A stretch of 64,000 nucleotides of DNA, from NCBI RefSeq assembly GCF_964355755.1, contig NC_092672.1:23263237-23327236 (forward strand), given 5' to 3'. Within the stretch, counting starts at the first letter, position 1, and every line of letters begins with the position of its first letter. Made by a program: the position numbers and the translations under genes. Below the pieces are notes generated by a model. The model was not told the origin of the DNA, ran no database searches, and saw nothing but the letters and a program-made list of their open reading frames with translations. Source of the DNA: Antedon mediterranea (Eukaryota; Animalia; Echinodermata). This document shows positions 33,788 through 46,038 of the stretch, one piece after another.

Positions 33788-36685
33788 TTGAAAGTCACTA
33801 AACACATTGATTGTATTTCTTGGAATATTAACGGTATTAATAACAAATTCGCTGACTCTGACTTTATTGAGTATGTTAACAAATTTGACATAATTTGTTT
33901 TAGTGAAACATGGGATAAATATCGGAACGATTACAATATTAAAGGTTTGGTTAAAATTGAAGGGATCATGCTGAGATCGCGAGCTCAGTTGGTGGAACAA
34001 GGGGAAAAACCATCTTCTTTCTTCCTTAATTTGGAGAAAAAAAAGATTGTAAATAAAAGTTTGAATAAAATTAGGAGGGAAATGGGTCAGGATATAACTG
34101 ATAATAAACAAATTATAAAGAATGTAGAAAGTTATTATAACAAATTGTACAAAAACAAAGACGTTAAAATTGATCTTGTAACTATGAAAACAATATTTGA
34201 AAAAAATAGTATGACAAAATTATCACAAAAACAAAAGGAGGAAATTGAAGGGCCATTAACAATTGATGAAATATTACAAGTTCTTAAAAATATGAAAAAC
34301 AATAAAAGTCCCGGACAAGATGGTTTCTCCGCCGAATTCTTTAAATTTTTCTGGATTAATATTAGTGGTTATTTAGTTAGAATGCTCGATTGGGTGTATA
34401 AGAACGGAAAACTATCTCAATCTCAACAAATTGGAATCATAACGCTTATACCTAAACCGAATAAACCAAGGGACCTTCTAAAAAATTGGCGACCTATATC
34501 ACTATTAAGCATCACCTATAAGTTAGCGTCTGGATGTATAGCTAATCGAATAAAGAATGTATTAAGTCATATTATAAGTAGAGAGCAAAACGGTTTTATG
34601 CCAGATAGATTTATTGGCGAAAATATTAGACTAATGAATGACATTATATGTCTTAGTGAACAGTTAAAGATTCCCGGTATGCTACTATTAATTGACTTCG
34701 AAAAAGCCTTCGACTCTGTTTCACATATATTCATTGATAGAGCCATGGAAATGTTTAACTTTGGCGAGTCTATTAGAAGGTGGATTACAATTTTTTATTC
34801 GGAAATGTATTCCTCAGTTAATTTTAACGGTGCTATGTCAAATCGTTTTAAAATTGAAAGAGGCTGTAGACAAGGAGACCCTCTTTCTCCATATATTTTT
34901 ATAATTTGTGCAGAAATATTGAATAATTTAATAAAGCAAAACAAACTAATTAAGGGAGTTAAAATTAGAGATGAGGAATATACAATATCTCAATATGCAG
35001 ACGACACTACCATTATACTTGATGGGTCTGAAGCATCACTGCATGCAACACTCGATACACTGGATACATACGAGAGTATTTCCGGTTTAAGAATAAATGA
35101 AGAAAAAACAAAAGTTGTATGGATAGGTAGTAAGAGAGGTAGCAATGTAAGGTTAAAAACAAGAAAAAAGATAAACTGGATAGGCAATGCCATATTTTCA
35201 ATTTTAGGTATTGACTTTTCATTAGATGCAGTTCAAATGATTAATGTAAACTATGAAAGAGTGTTTTTAACGATAGAGCGTATGATAAACCAATGGTCTA
35301 AACGAAACTTGACAGTAATTGGTAAAATAACTATTATTAAATCACTCTTGTTACCAAAACTCATTCATATGATCATGTCCTTACCGAACCCATCAAATGA
35401 ATACGTAGTACGTCTTAATAATTTATTTTTTCGTTTTATTTGGCAAAACAAACCTGATAAAATAAACCGGCATCAGATGAAAAGTGATTACTTACATGGT
35501 GGATTAAGAATGGTAGATTTGAACTTTTTTTTTATGTCATTAAAAATAACGTGGTTGCGTAGAATTTTCAACAATAAATCCGAAGACAACCCAATATTTA
35601 AGCTATTTAAGTACATAACAAATTTGTCTAACTCTATGCAACTTGAAACGAATTGTAAACGTCTGTCCAGCATTAGAGATAATGTTAAAATTCTCTTCTG
35701 GAAAGAGGTAATAGATGCATGGAGTAATTTTATTTCTATTCATTATCCAAAGTCTGTTGACGAGCTATTACGAATGCAAATTTGGAATAATGAAGTAATA
35801 AGAATAGGCAACGAATGTATAAGATATGGAAATTGGGAAAAAGCAGGTATTTTGTTTGTTAATGATTTGTTTAACAGCAATGGGCAATTTATGAATAAAA
35901 AAGAAGTCGAAGATACCTATGGTATTAAGATAAATTATATAAAATTAATAGGATTAAAAAGGCTTCTTAGGGAAAAATTTAACAATTTAATGATATGTGA
36001 AATTAAAAAAACAGTTTTGCCAGATATTCCATTTCACATAAAAGTACTCTTTCAACAAAGAAAAGGAAGTCGTATTTTTTATGATGTTTTAAATAACTCA
36101 ATGTTTAAATCATGGAAAGCACAAAAGAAATGGGCAGAAAATAAATTTGTATTCAATAACGAACAATGGAAAACAATCTACCTAGCTCCACATACGTGTA
36201 CAATGAATATTGCTTTAATATATTTTCAATATAAAATTGTAAATAGAATAATTGCAACAAATGAACAATTATTTAAAATGAATATAAAAGAAACTTCAAT
36301 GTGCTCATTTGGAGATGGTAAAATTGAAACCATTCAGCATTTGTTCTGTAATTGTCCAATAGTAAAAAGGATATGGAACCTCCTCCAGGAAAAAATTTCA
36401 GAAAAAACTGGAGTGCAATTTATTTTTAGTAAAGAGAGCATAATTTTCGGATACCAAGATGCGCATCAGTTTTTTAATTTAAAAGCCATTAATGCAATTA
36501 TTCTAATTGTAAAATCATTTATTTATAAATGTAAACTAGTTAAATGTAAGCCAACTATCAAAATGGTTATGAACGAGTTAAAAAGGTTTTATGAAACAGA
36601 AAAATTTATTTATCATCAGAATTTTGAGGACAGTATTTTTAATAGAAAATGGATAAAATTAGAAGAATTTATAAATCAAATATAA
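33788..36685 (+). CDS. Chimeric ORF: host APE N-terminus fused in frame to L1/Tx1 reverse transcriptase
   Basis: First ~53 codons are host (SWNING..SETW..NIKG); the rest is L1-type RT; no stop at the junction. Confidence 0.7.
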   Translation: MKVTKHIDCISWNINGINNKFADSDFIEYVNKFDIICFSETWDKYRNDYNIKGLVKIEGIMLRSRAQLVEQGEKPSSFFLNLEKKKIVNKSLNKIRREMGQDITDNKQIIKNVESYYNKLYKNKDVKIDLVTMKTIFEKNSMTKLSQKQKEEIEGPLTIDEILQVLKNMKNNKSPGQDGFSAEFFKFFWINISGYLVRMLDWVYKNGKLSQSQQIGIITLIPKPNKPRDLLKNWRPISLLSITYKLASGCIANRIKNVLSHIISREQNGFMPDRFIGENIRLMNDIICLSEQLKIPGMLLLIDFEKAFDSVSHIFIDRAMEMFNFGESIRRWITIFYSEMYSSVNFNGAMSNRFKIERGCRQGDPLSPYIFIICAEILNNLIKQNKLIKGVKIRDEEYTISQYADDTTIILDGSEASLHATLDTLDTYESISGLRINEEKTKVVWIGSKRGSNVRLKTRKKINWIGNAIFSILGIDFSLDAVQMINVNYERVFLTIERMINQWSKRNLTVIGKITIIKSLLLPKLIHMIMSLPNPSNEYVVRLNNLFFRFIWQNKPDKINRHQMKSDYLHGGLRMVDLNFFFMSLKITWLRRIFNNKSEDNPIFKLFKYITNLSNSMQLETNCKRLSSIRDNVKILFWKEVIDAWSNFISIHYPKSVDELLRMQIWNNEVIRIGNECIRYGNWEKAGILFVNDLFNSNGQFMNKKEVEDTYGIKINYIKLIGLKRLLREKFNNLMICEIKKTVLPDIPFHIKVLFQQRKGSRIFYDVLNNSMFKSWKAQKKWAENKFVFNNEQWKTIYLAPHTCTMNIALIYFQYKIVNRIIATNEQLFKMNIKETSMCSFGDGKIETIQHLFCNCPIVKRIWNLLQEKISEKTGVQFIFSKESIIFGYQDAHQFFNLKAINAIILIVKSFIYKCKLVKCKPTIKMVMNELKRFYETEKFIYHQNFEDSIFNRKWIKLEEFINQI

Positions 36686-36826
36686 AATGGTTTATAGAGT
36701 AGAATAATTTTTATGAACCTTTATTTAATTTGTTAGATGGATATCTTTGTTGTTTTTGTTTGTTGCTTTTTATTTTAATTTTTTTATTTGATTATGTTTT
36801 TCCTTTGTAATGTATTATATGATGAA

Positions 36827-36862
<36 letters not shown>
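33949..36862 (+). mobile_element. 5'-truncated L1/Tx1-clade retrotransposon with poly(A) tail, nested in the host endonuclease
   Basis: GEKPSSFF, KSPGQDG, NWRPISLL, DFEKAFD, RQGDPLSP, QYADD, HLFCNC motifs; poly(A) ~36829-36865; TSD AAAGGTTT at 33941-48 and 36863-70. Confidence 0.9.
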
Positions 36863-36867
<5 letters not shown>

Positions 36868-36870
36868 TTT

Positions 36871-39800
36871 TACTTGCATATCAAAATTACCAGATAAAAC
36901 AAGTCGACATGGAAGAAATAGTGGAGGCGTAATGGTATATTATAAATTAAATCTCGTCGTTGAAGAACTGCCAAGTGCATCGAATAACATTATTTGGTTA
37001 AGGATTACTCTATCCCCAACCGACACTGTTGTAATCGGTTGTTTGTATAGACCACCAAGAGTACATCCAGTTACGCGACAACTGACTTTTTTGACATTTT
37101 ATCTAACGAATATTTGCATTACAGCTCCCAAATATCAGACATAGTATATGTAGTTGGCGACTTTAATGGTAGAACTGGTTCGGAGGACGATTACATATCC
37201 GCTGACGAAAATGACACATGGAACAATAATCTATTTCTGGAAGACAACATCCGGATTGAAAGTAGAACGAATTCTGATTGTATACTAAATTGCTACGGTA
37301 AAGATATATTAGAATTTTGCAAAGAAACTGGTATGCGAATCACAAATGGTAGAATTGATAAAGAATCATCCAGTGGTTTTACATTTATCAGTTCACAAGG
37401 TAAAAGTGTATGCGATTACCTTCTTACTAACTCAAACAACTTTAAACTAATATCTTATTTAAGAATTGATGACCGTGTTGAATCGGATCATATGCCAATT
37501 GCCTTTAGTATTCAATTCAAAGACAAAGAACACACCAAAATGATTGTCAATGAAGATGACACGTTTACCCAGAGTACGTTCAAATGGTCCAACAGTTACA
37601 TTAATGCATCCAAAGTGAGATGGGAACATGATATCATTGAAACTATTGATAATGATTTTATGAATGCTATCTCTCAAAATAAAATTGATGAGGCAGTTTC
37701 ACATTTATGTAAAATTTTTGAATACGTATGTAAAGGAATTAAGTATACACAAACAAGTAAATCTTCAACTTCTACAAAACGAAACGAATGGTTTGATAAA
37801 GATTGTAAGAACCTTAAAATGCAGGTTAAACAATCATTAAAGAGATTTAGAATTATGCGCACTCAACCTTTTTTAAATAATTATATTCAGATAAAAAAGC
37901 AATATAAATCGCTATTAAAATGCAAAAAAAATAACTTTCATAAAAGAATACGCAAACAAATTATCGATTCACTCAATACAAAGGATAGCAAAACGTTTTG
38001 GATGAAGTTGAAGACAAAACAGAAATTATCTTGCGAACTTTCTATTAATCAATGTTATATTCATTTTAAGAACCTATTTAAAAACGATGAGTCTATTGGT
38101 AGCGCTGAGTTGCCAAAAATCACAGAATGCCAACAGAATGAAGACGATGATAATTTAGACCACGACATAACGTTGGATGAAATAAAAAAAGCATTTAATT
38201 CTCAAAATAGTGGAAAAGCTCCCGGCATTGATGGAATGAATTTTGAATTTTTGCTAAACGCCCCCAACATTATTTTTGATATTTTAAAAATTCTTTTTAA
38301 CGCCATATTTTTAGTTGGAAAATTTCCCAAACAATGGGCAACAAGCTTAATCGTTCCAATTTTTAAAAATGGAGATAAAAACAAACCTGAAAATTATAGA
38401 GGTATTTCTTTAATTCCAATCCTAGGAAAAATATTTTTACATATTCTTAATTCTAGGTTAACACATTTTACAAATAGTAAAAAGTTAATTCATGAGGAAC
38501 AAGCAGGCTTTCGTAAGGGATATAGAACGACAGATAATATATTCATTTTAGATACCCTCATCTCTAAATACTTAGATAAAAAGCGGGGTAGGATTTTTGT
38601 TTGTTTTGTTGATCTTAAACGTGCCTTTGACGCTATAAATCATACACTTTTACTACATAAGTTGAAATGTATCGGTGTTTCAGGCAGAATGTTACACATA
38701 ATAAATTCCTTATACCAAAACTTATCTGCTCATGTTAAAATTGGCAACAAACTTAGTCCATCTTTTAATTGTTCGATTGGAGTACAACAAGGTTCTCCGT
38801 TGTCGTCTTTACTCTTTAATATTTACATTAATGATTTGAGTGGTATACTTAATCAGGTAAACGATTTCATTCAAATTGGAGATTGTCATATGAATCATCT
38901 TCTTTATGCAGATGACTTAGTGCTTGTTAGTGATACGGTGAAAGGTCTCCAAAAATTAATAAATAAACTTGAACTTTATTGTGATACTTGGAAACTTACT
39001 GTAAACACTACAAAATCCAAAATTATGGTTTTTAAAAATGGCCGCAATTTAAGGAACATTGAAAAATGGAAGTATAAAAATATTCAATTAAAAATTGTTA
39101 ATTCGTATAATTATCTTGGTGTTATTTTTAGTTCAAATGGTGCATGGAACAACTCAATGCAACATAATCAACAAAAAGCAAATCAAAGTTTATTCTGCTT
39201 AAAATCATTCATTTATCGTAACGTATCTTTTCTTCCAATTAATACATGGAACCATATTTTTGATGTGAAAATACTTCCTATTTTAACGTATGGAAGCGAA
39301 ATCTGGGGAATGTCAGATAGCACAAACATTATAGAAAAAACACATACTAAATTTTGTAGATATTTATTGCAAGTTGGAAAAAATGCACCAAATGCCGCTG
39401 TTACTTCTGAGTTAGGTAGATTACCACTTTCTTTGGATTGTTTAGTTACAGTTATAAGATTTTGGTTACATATTATTACTTTAGATCATGACAGATTCAT
39501 TTTTAAGTGTTATGAGTTTCAACTTAGAAAAGTTAACCGTAATGAGAATTGTTGGGCACAACAGGTCAAACACTTACTCTTTTCTACTGGTTATGGTTAT
39601 ATATGGTTACAACAATATGTTAATAGTAAAGGTTTATTTTTGAGAGAATTTAAGTTGCGCTTAACAAAAATGCATTCAAAAATTTAGTTTAGTTAAGGCT
39701 CTTTTCTCTTTATAAAAAAGAAATATGTTTAAGTTATCACTTGACCAACATCATTAATTTTAAACAAAGAAGATTATTAACTAAGTTACGTTTAGGGATA

Positions 39801-40079
39801 TTAGAGCTAGAAATTGAAAAGGGCAGATGGGAGTGTGTAGAAAGATATAAGAGAACGTGTAAATTATGTAAAAAGAACATTGTTGAGGATGAATATCATT
39901 TTATTTTGCAATGCACATTTTATAATGATTTAAGAAAAAGTTTTATTCCAAGATTTATTCGTGTTTTTCCTTCTATTAATAAGCTTTGTTTATTACTTTC
40001 CAACACAAATTTTACTTATAATTTAGGAAAATACGTCTACTTTGCTTTTGAAAGAAGAAACCATTATCTTAAGTTATAG
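36871..40079 (+). pseudogene. Remainder of host LINE ORF2 (APE C-part, RT, Zn knuckle), frameshifted
   Basis: GFTCISK..GRNSGGV continues the frame broken at 33948; frameshifts near 37057 and ~39670; ORFs 37114-39687 and 39741-40079. Confidence 0.85.
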
Positions 40080-41929
40080 TTAATTTTTATTTGTTTGTAT
40101 TAGGGCCAAAGGCCAATATACTTTGAACCAATAAATTCCCTGAAAAGGGAAAGAAGAAAGTATTATTTGTCATCCTTCAGGGCAGGTATTGTATGATTCC
40201 ACTGTACATAGCCGTTTCCTACAGGCCCACACAATGCACACCTGGATGGTGAAAAAAAAGTAATGTTTTTTCAATACTATTATGCCTCAAAATACATAGG
40301 CCTAATATAGACATTGTAGGCCTACAATGAAATTGTATAATGAACATGAATGAAGTAAAAAGTGAAACAAATTGCAATCTGGTACTTTCCCCGCTGTTTG
40401 TAAATATGAGGCCTGCTGCAGTAAAGCATTCATACGTATTTATATATATATTTTTCCAGTACCATAGACTGTTTGTCTATATATATATATTAATGGCAAT
40501 CTTGTATTGACTATACTATGTAGGCACTATAGATTAGTAAAAACGTAAGTTTTACGACGATTTGATTCAAATATATTGGATCATTAAAAAGAAATTCTTA
40601 TTTTTCAACATTAGATTGAATATTTTTACTTTCTTTTATTTACAGTTTTGTATTTTAAAAATAAAATGTATGTAATAATACATTCATTTAGAACATCACA
40701 TTTTCTGTTTGGCTGATTCTTCATTTAGGTAGGCCTACATGGTATTAGACCGGGCGCCCGGAAGATTTATTCATGTGAAAAGATACAAAAGGTTTGATGA
40801 TGTAGTAAGGTGCGTATTAGGGCGAGATGCAATATTCGACATTGCTGCCGGGTCACAGCCTGTACATTGGGCCTGTGGGGATCATAACATAGGGGGGTAA
40901 AAATGCATTTATTCATGTGAAGCGATACAAGGATAAACTTTGTTGGATATCATTCGTAGTGGGCTACTAATGATTACATCACCAATGACAGCAACTTTAT
41001 CCTGTACGGGGCGCCAAACAGCAACATTTTAGGGCCACGCCCAAATGGGTTTATTCATGTGAAGCGATACAAGGTTGAATCTTTTTTTAATGGCAGCAGT
41101 ACATATTGGGGATGACAAAAACACCAATGACAGCAACTTTATCCTGTACATAAGCTCAGACAGCAGCCCTAAAGGTCCGCAGTTTCCCCCTATTCGGCTA
41201 TATACTCGGCGCGTGTCGTCCTATGGCGTTCAGCTGAGTTAGAAATACGTACTCGGACTGACAATAAATACACAGTAGAATGCTAAAACAATAAATAAAG
41301 AGAGCAGTTGTTTCCTGTACCAAATCATCAAACATCAAACTCTTAGGAACTCACCCAAAATGGGTTTATCCATGAAGTATGTAATCATTTTTGAAAAAAA
41401 ATGTTTTTTTTTCTTCACTTTATTCGGTACCGTACCCAACAGCTCAAATACCCGAGGCTCCATTCGTGATCAACAATGTTGATAATACAAACACATTCAC
41501 GATAACGAGTGACTTTTATTTTATAATTGAAATAATATATCTTTATTTTAGAATAATAAATAAAACACTTAAAATAACCAACAGCAGATTTGTATTTTAG
41601 GGTAACATTTTGAACAATCAATATTATATCAAAATCATTATTTCGATCAAAATAATATAATTTAAGAATATTTTTCAGATAAACTAAATAATTACACTCA
41701 TAGTGATCGACACCGGTACCGATTATTGTACATAATTATTATAACTCGATTTAAATATTGTTTTAATTACACACGAGACACTAGTGATGTATATATGAAA
41801 AAAGGCAACAAAATCTAAATTTGCAACATTTTTTAACATAACATTACATAACATAATAGTAAAGTAAATAATAGTTCGAATTCAACATAATCATTTAGAG
41901 AATTGGTAAGGTATAGATTAGACTATCGA

Positions 41930-43008
41930 TATCTTATTTGTCATACGTCAGGGCAGGTATACGACTATGTACAGTGGAATCATACAATCAACCTGCCCTG
42001 AAGGATGACAAATAATAAATATCTTATTTGTCATACGTCAGAGCAGGTATACGACTATGTACAGTGGAATCATACAATACCTGCCCTGAAGGATGACAAA
42101 ATAATAAATGTCTTATTTGTCATACGTCAGGGCAGGTATACGGCTATGTACAGTGGAATCATACAATACCTGCCCTGAAGGATGACAAATAATAAATGTC
42201 TTATTTGTCATACGTCAGGGCAGGTATACGGCTATGTACAGTGGAATCATACAATACCTGCCCTGAAGGATGACAAATAATAAATATCTTATTTGTCATA
42301 CGTCAGGGCAGGTATACGACTATGTACAGTGGAATCATACAATACCTGCCCTGAAGGATGACAAATAATAAATGTCTTATTTGTCATACGTCAGGGCAGG
42401 TATACGGCTATGTACAGTGGAATCATACAATACCTGCCCTGAAGGATGACAAATAATCAATATCTTATTTGTCATACGTCAGGGCAGGTATACAACTATG
42501 TAAAGTGAAATCATACAATACCTGCCCTGAAGGATGACAAATAATAAATGTCTTATTTGTCATACGTCAGGGCAGGTATACGGCTATGTACAGTGGAATC
42601 ATACAATACCTGCCCTGAAGGCTGACAAATAATAAATGTCTTATTTGTCATACGTCAGGGCAGGTATACGACTATGTACAGTGGAATCATACATTAACCT
42701 GCCCTGAAGGATGACAAATAATAAATGTCTTATTTGTCATAGGCCTACGTCAGGGCAGGTATACGGCTATGTACAGTGGAATCATACAATACCTGTCCTG
42801 AAGGATGACAAATATTAAATGTCTTATTTGTCATACGTCAGGGCAGGTATACGACTATGTACAGTGGAACCATACCATACCTGCCCTGAAGGATGACAAA
42901 TAATAAAATAATGTTGTCTTATTTGTCATACGTCAGGGCAGGTATACGGCTATGTACAGTGGAATCATACAATACCTGCCCTGAAGGATGACAAATAATA
43001 AATGTCAT
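41930..43008 (-). repeat. Inverted tandem array of the same 88-bp unit (~12 copies)
   Basis: Reverse complement of the 31444-32362 unit; abuts the right TIR. Confidence 0.95.
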
Positions 43009-45019
43009 GTAATTTCATAATTTCATGTGTATTAGCCTATATAGCTGAGGAGGATGGTCTGGGAAAGCGATATATATTTAAGTAATACGGTAGAAAATAG
43101 CGAAGTACGAGTAAAATACTACATGGCCGGACCGCAAGTAAAATACGATATATATATGATGACGTAGTAGATATCTACACATGCGTAGAAGAACTCCTGG
43201 ATTGGAGTAGGGGGAGATTTAGATCCTTCCGTCATCAACGAGCCCTGCATCAACACACTGCGAAATGTTCGCCATCTTATATTTATCACTTAATTGCCAG
43301 AATTTATGCTTCATTTTACCCCAAAAATTGTAGAAACTATAGAGGGCAGTGTTATAAAATCAGATTACCCATATAGGCCTACCTTATTTAGTTTTGAAAA
43401 GGGTGACAGTGCATATCGGCCGCCAGTCATTTCGGCCGCCGGTTATGGAACGCCTAAAATCATGAAACGCCAAAAAGGACAAAATATGTATTGTTCATTT
43501 CGGCCGCCAATCGTCAATATTGTTAATGTATGGCACGCCTCAATTATAAAAAATGGTGTATACATGTGCCTATCGCCTGAATACGTACGTGCGTATTCAA
43601 ACAGCAAGCAGCAATCAACAAAAACGATCATAATTTCGGTCGCCCTATTTTGTATGGAGCGGGATGCATGCTAGCGGGATATACATTTTCTTCATTTATA
43701 TAGATTTAATTGATATTTTTTAGGGGCTAGATTATTTATGTGGATATTTTTTATTTGGTTATCAATCATTAAATTAATTTTAAATGTATTTCACAGGTAT
43801 CGGAGAAGGACTATGTCTTTCCAAAATAGTCATTTCTAAACACGTTTAAATATTAAATTAAGTAAATATTATATCAGGCATATAATAATTTACCTCCAGT
43901 TATATGTACTGTAATTAATATATTATATAGAGAATATACGTCTGTCCTTTATTATGCAAACAATTACGTAAAAGAGAACAATTTATTTAAAAACAATAAT
44001 TGTTACAATGTATAGCCCGTAAAGCCAGCGTATCCATTGTATTTCTTATGCATACTGTGGCAGATTATATCATGTCGTTAACAACATACTATTCGATCAC
44101 CTAATTTTTATTTTTTTAATTTTATTTACCGTCCGTTATGTAGGATAATATTAAGTGTATAATAATAATTGTTGAGACAAATCACGTGTATACTTTTATT
44201 TCTAATGTTTAAAATAGTTGTTAGTAAAAATGATCAATCATTATATGCGGATGGTTAAAAGGCGAGTTACTGAAATAAACCCCCGAATAAGCCATATTGG
44301 AGGAGATGCGCCTTCTATGATCGTGCAGCTGTTTCCTCTAACAATGCGTTATTTTGCTGACGGGGTTTCTCCCTTTTTAAAAAGCACGCACTTGTTAGTG
44401 TGTCAAATCATGGACAAAACACATACGATCGTTCTCCATGGCCAGGTAAAGATGACGGCCAGGTAAATACTTGTAAAACGTCTATAGGCCTCCTGCACGT
44501 GTTTTTGTGAAACGATGTATATAATTTACGTATACTGTACGTCGATACTATAGATTTTAATTTGAAAAATATCTTTTATTTCTTTATTTACAATAATCAT
44601 TTAATGTAAATAATTAAGTAAGTAGTAAGTCTCACATAAAATCCATACGACGTTTGTAAATCTAAATGTTTAAATATCAGTACCTCTTTGAGAATCGTGT
44701 CCACCTTTATTATCCATACATTATTCTCACATCTATCATTGTACATCATAGACATACTGTAGGGCTGGTAGATTGATTTATAACGGAATATTATCTATAT
44801 ATTTTATTATTATCCTAAACCATGCTCACGTCAGAATGGCGGATATCGAATGCAAAAATCATCATCATGCATCAAATTCCTTTATTGCATAAACCTCATT
44901 GAGCTGGTATCCACTTGCAGGTATAGAACGAGTTTCGTAATTAACTGTGATTAAAAAATACGCAATAGGCGCGTCTACTTGTTTAACTATTAAATTATTA
45001 TTTATTTTCAAAACCTTAA

Positions 45020-45648
45020 AGACCCCTTCCCTGCAATTTTGGACGTTTTTTGGAAAATACTACATATATATCACTTTAAAAACATTAAACCATGTCATTC
45101 CTTGTCTTAAATGTACGTTTTATGGTAAATTATGATAAAAAGTGAGAAACAATGCACTACCTAAGTAGCTCGCGGCGATCGACCTCTCGTGGACGGTCAC
45201 GGCCTAGCCGGCCTAGCTAGGCTTAGTTTTGTAGGCCTAGCTGGTAAACATCGATAACGTACGAACATCGTACGCTAGCTATATACCTAGCCTGACGTTG
45301 TATAGTTGCTGCATTAATTGTCTTTCTATTTTTGCCAGACTCCGTTGATACAAATTGGGGAAAACCCGGTATTTTCGCTGAAAAGTTAGGAGTCTTCCAT
45401 TTGTTTTGGCTTCACGATCGATCGAAAAGTGGGCGAATTACAGGTGAAAAACAAAAATATCAATCCGCGCGCAATGCATTTTGGGATTTATAGCGGGCCG
45501 CTATAATTATTAGAATCGATGTATTTTTCACATTTTTAACCGTTTAAAGACGAAAAAAGTTATCGCAATAGAACCATATAGTATTATTTTTAAATTAAAT
45601 ATAGTTTGTGATCTTAAATTAGATCTAAAAAACGTAGGGAATGGGGCT
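45020..45648 (-). mobile_element. Kolobok-like MITE (TTAA target), copy 2
   Basis: TTAA at 45016-19 and 45649-52; AG..CT termini; reverse complement of 30788-31413. Confidence 0.85.
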
Positions 45649-46038
45649 TTAAACAACGGCATGCTAAAAGAACACATTACAATTCATTAAAACCTGTAAG
45701 ATAAAATGGAAACACAAATTATTTATAAATAATGAGATAAATATTTATATTTACTGTACTTAAAAAATAGTTTAAAAAAATGTCAAACAGTATTATTAGA
45801 AATTCCAATATTCAAAATTAACTAAAAACATAATGAACGTTTTCATTAAAAATGTATCTAATGCGCCATATACAAATTAGCGCGACCAAAATAATACGCG
45901 ACCGATATCAAACGTAACTAATAGGATAAAAAGCGTATCTAGCGGCGCTCCATACAAAATACCGGATCTTTATTTTATCGCGACCGATTTCAAACGCGAT
46001 CGATTTCAAGCGCGACCGATTTCATCTGAAACCATTTA

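Larger units (their letters stand above)
32363..40160 (+). mobile_element. RTE-X-like two-ORF LINE inserted into a satellite unit
   Basis: 5'UTR, ORF1, APE (SWNING, SETW, GDFNGRTG, SDH), RT (QQGSPLS, YADD), C-terminal CKLC..EDEYHFILQC; the interrupted 88-bp unit resumes at 40161. Clade assignment by motif recall. Confidence 0.82.
30471..43230. mobile_element. Foldback/MULE-like element: ~200 bp TIRs plus inverted tandem arrays, 9-bp TSD
   Basis: Termini GGAAGGATCTAAATCTC / GAGATTTAGATCCTTCC; TIRs 30471-30675 and 43020-43230; TSD GTCATCAAC at 30462-70 and 43231-39; no transposase ORF seen. Confidence 0.88.

Noticed and set aside
33788-36685. 965-aa ORF as a genuine full-length LINE ORF2
   Set aside because: Only the first APE motifs are present; TSD and poly(A) show it is a host/guest junction.
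31444-43008. 88-bp palindromic arrays as a CRISPR-like array
   Set aside because: Units are near-identical end to end with no unique spacers, no cas genes, and a eukaryotic context.
43294-43674. 126-aa ORF as a gene
   Set aside because: It lies in a repeat arm; its match to the Rex1 ORF N-terminus is at DNA level only, with frame divergence.
30788-45648. The two 630-bp inverted copies as TIRs of one giant element
   Set aside because: Each has its own short TIRs and TTAA flanks, and one lies inside, one outside the Foldback TSD: independent MITE insertions.
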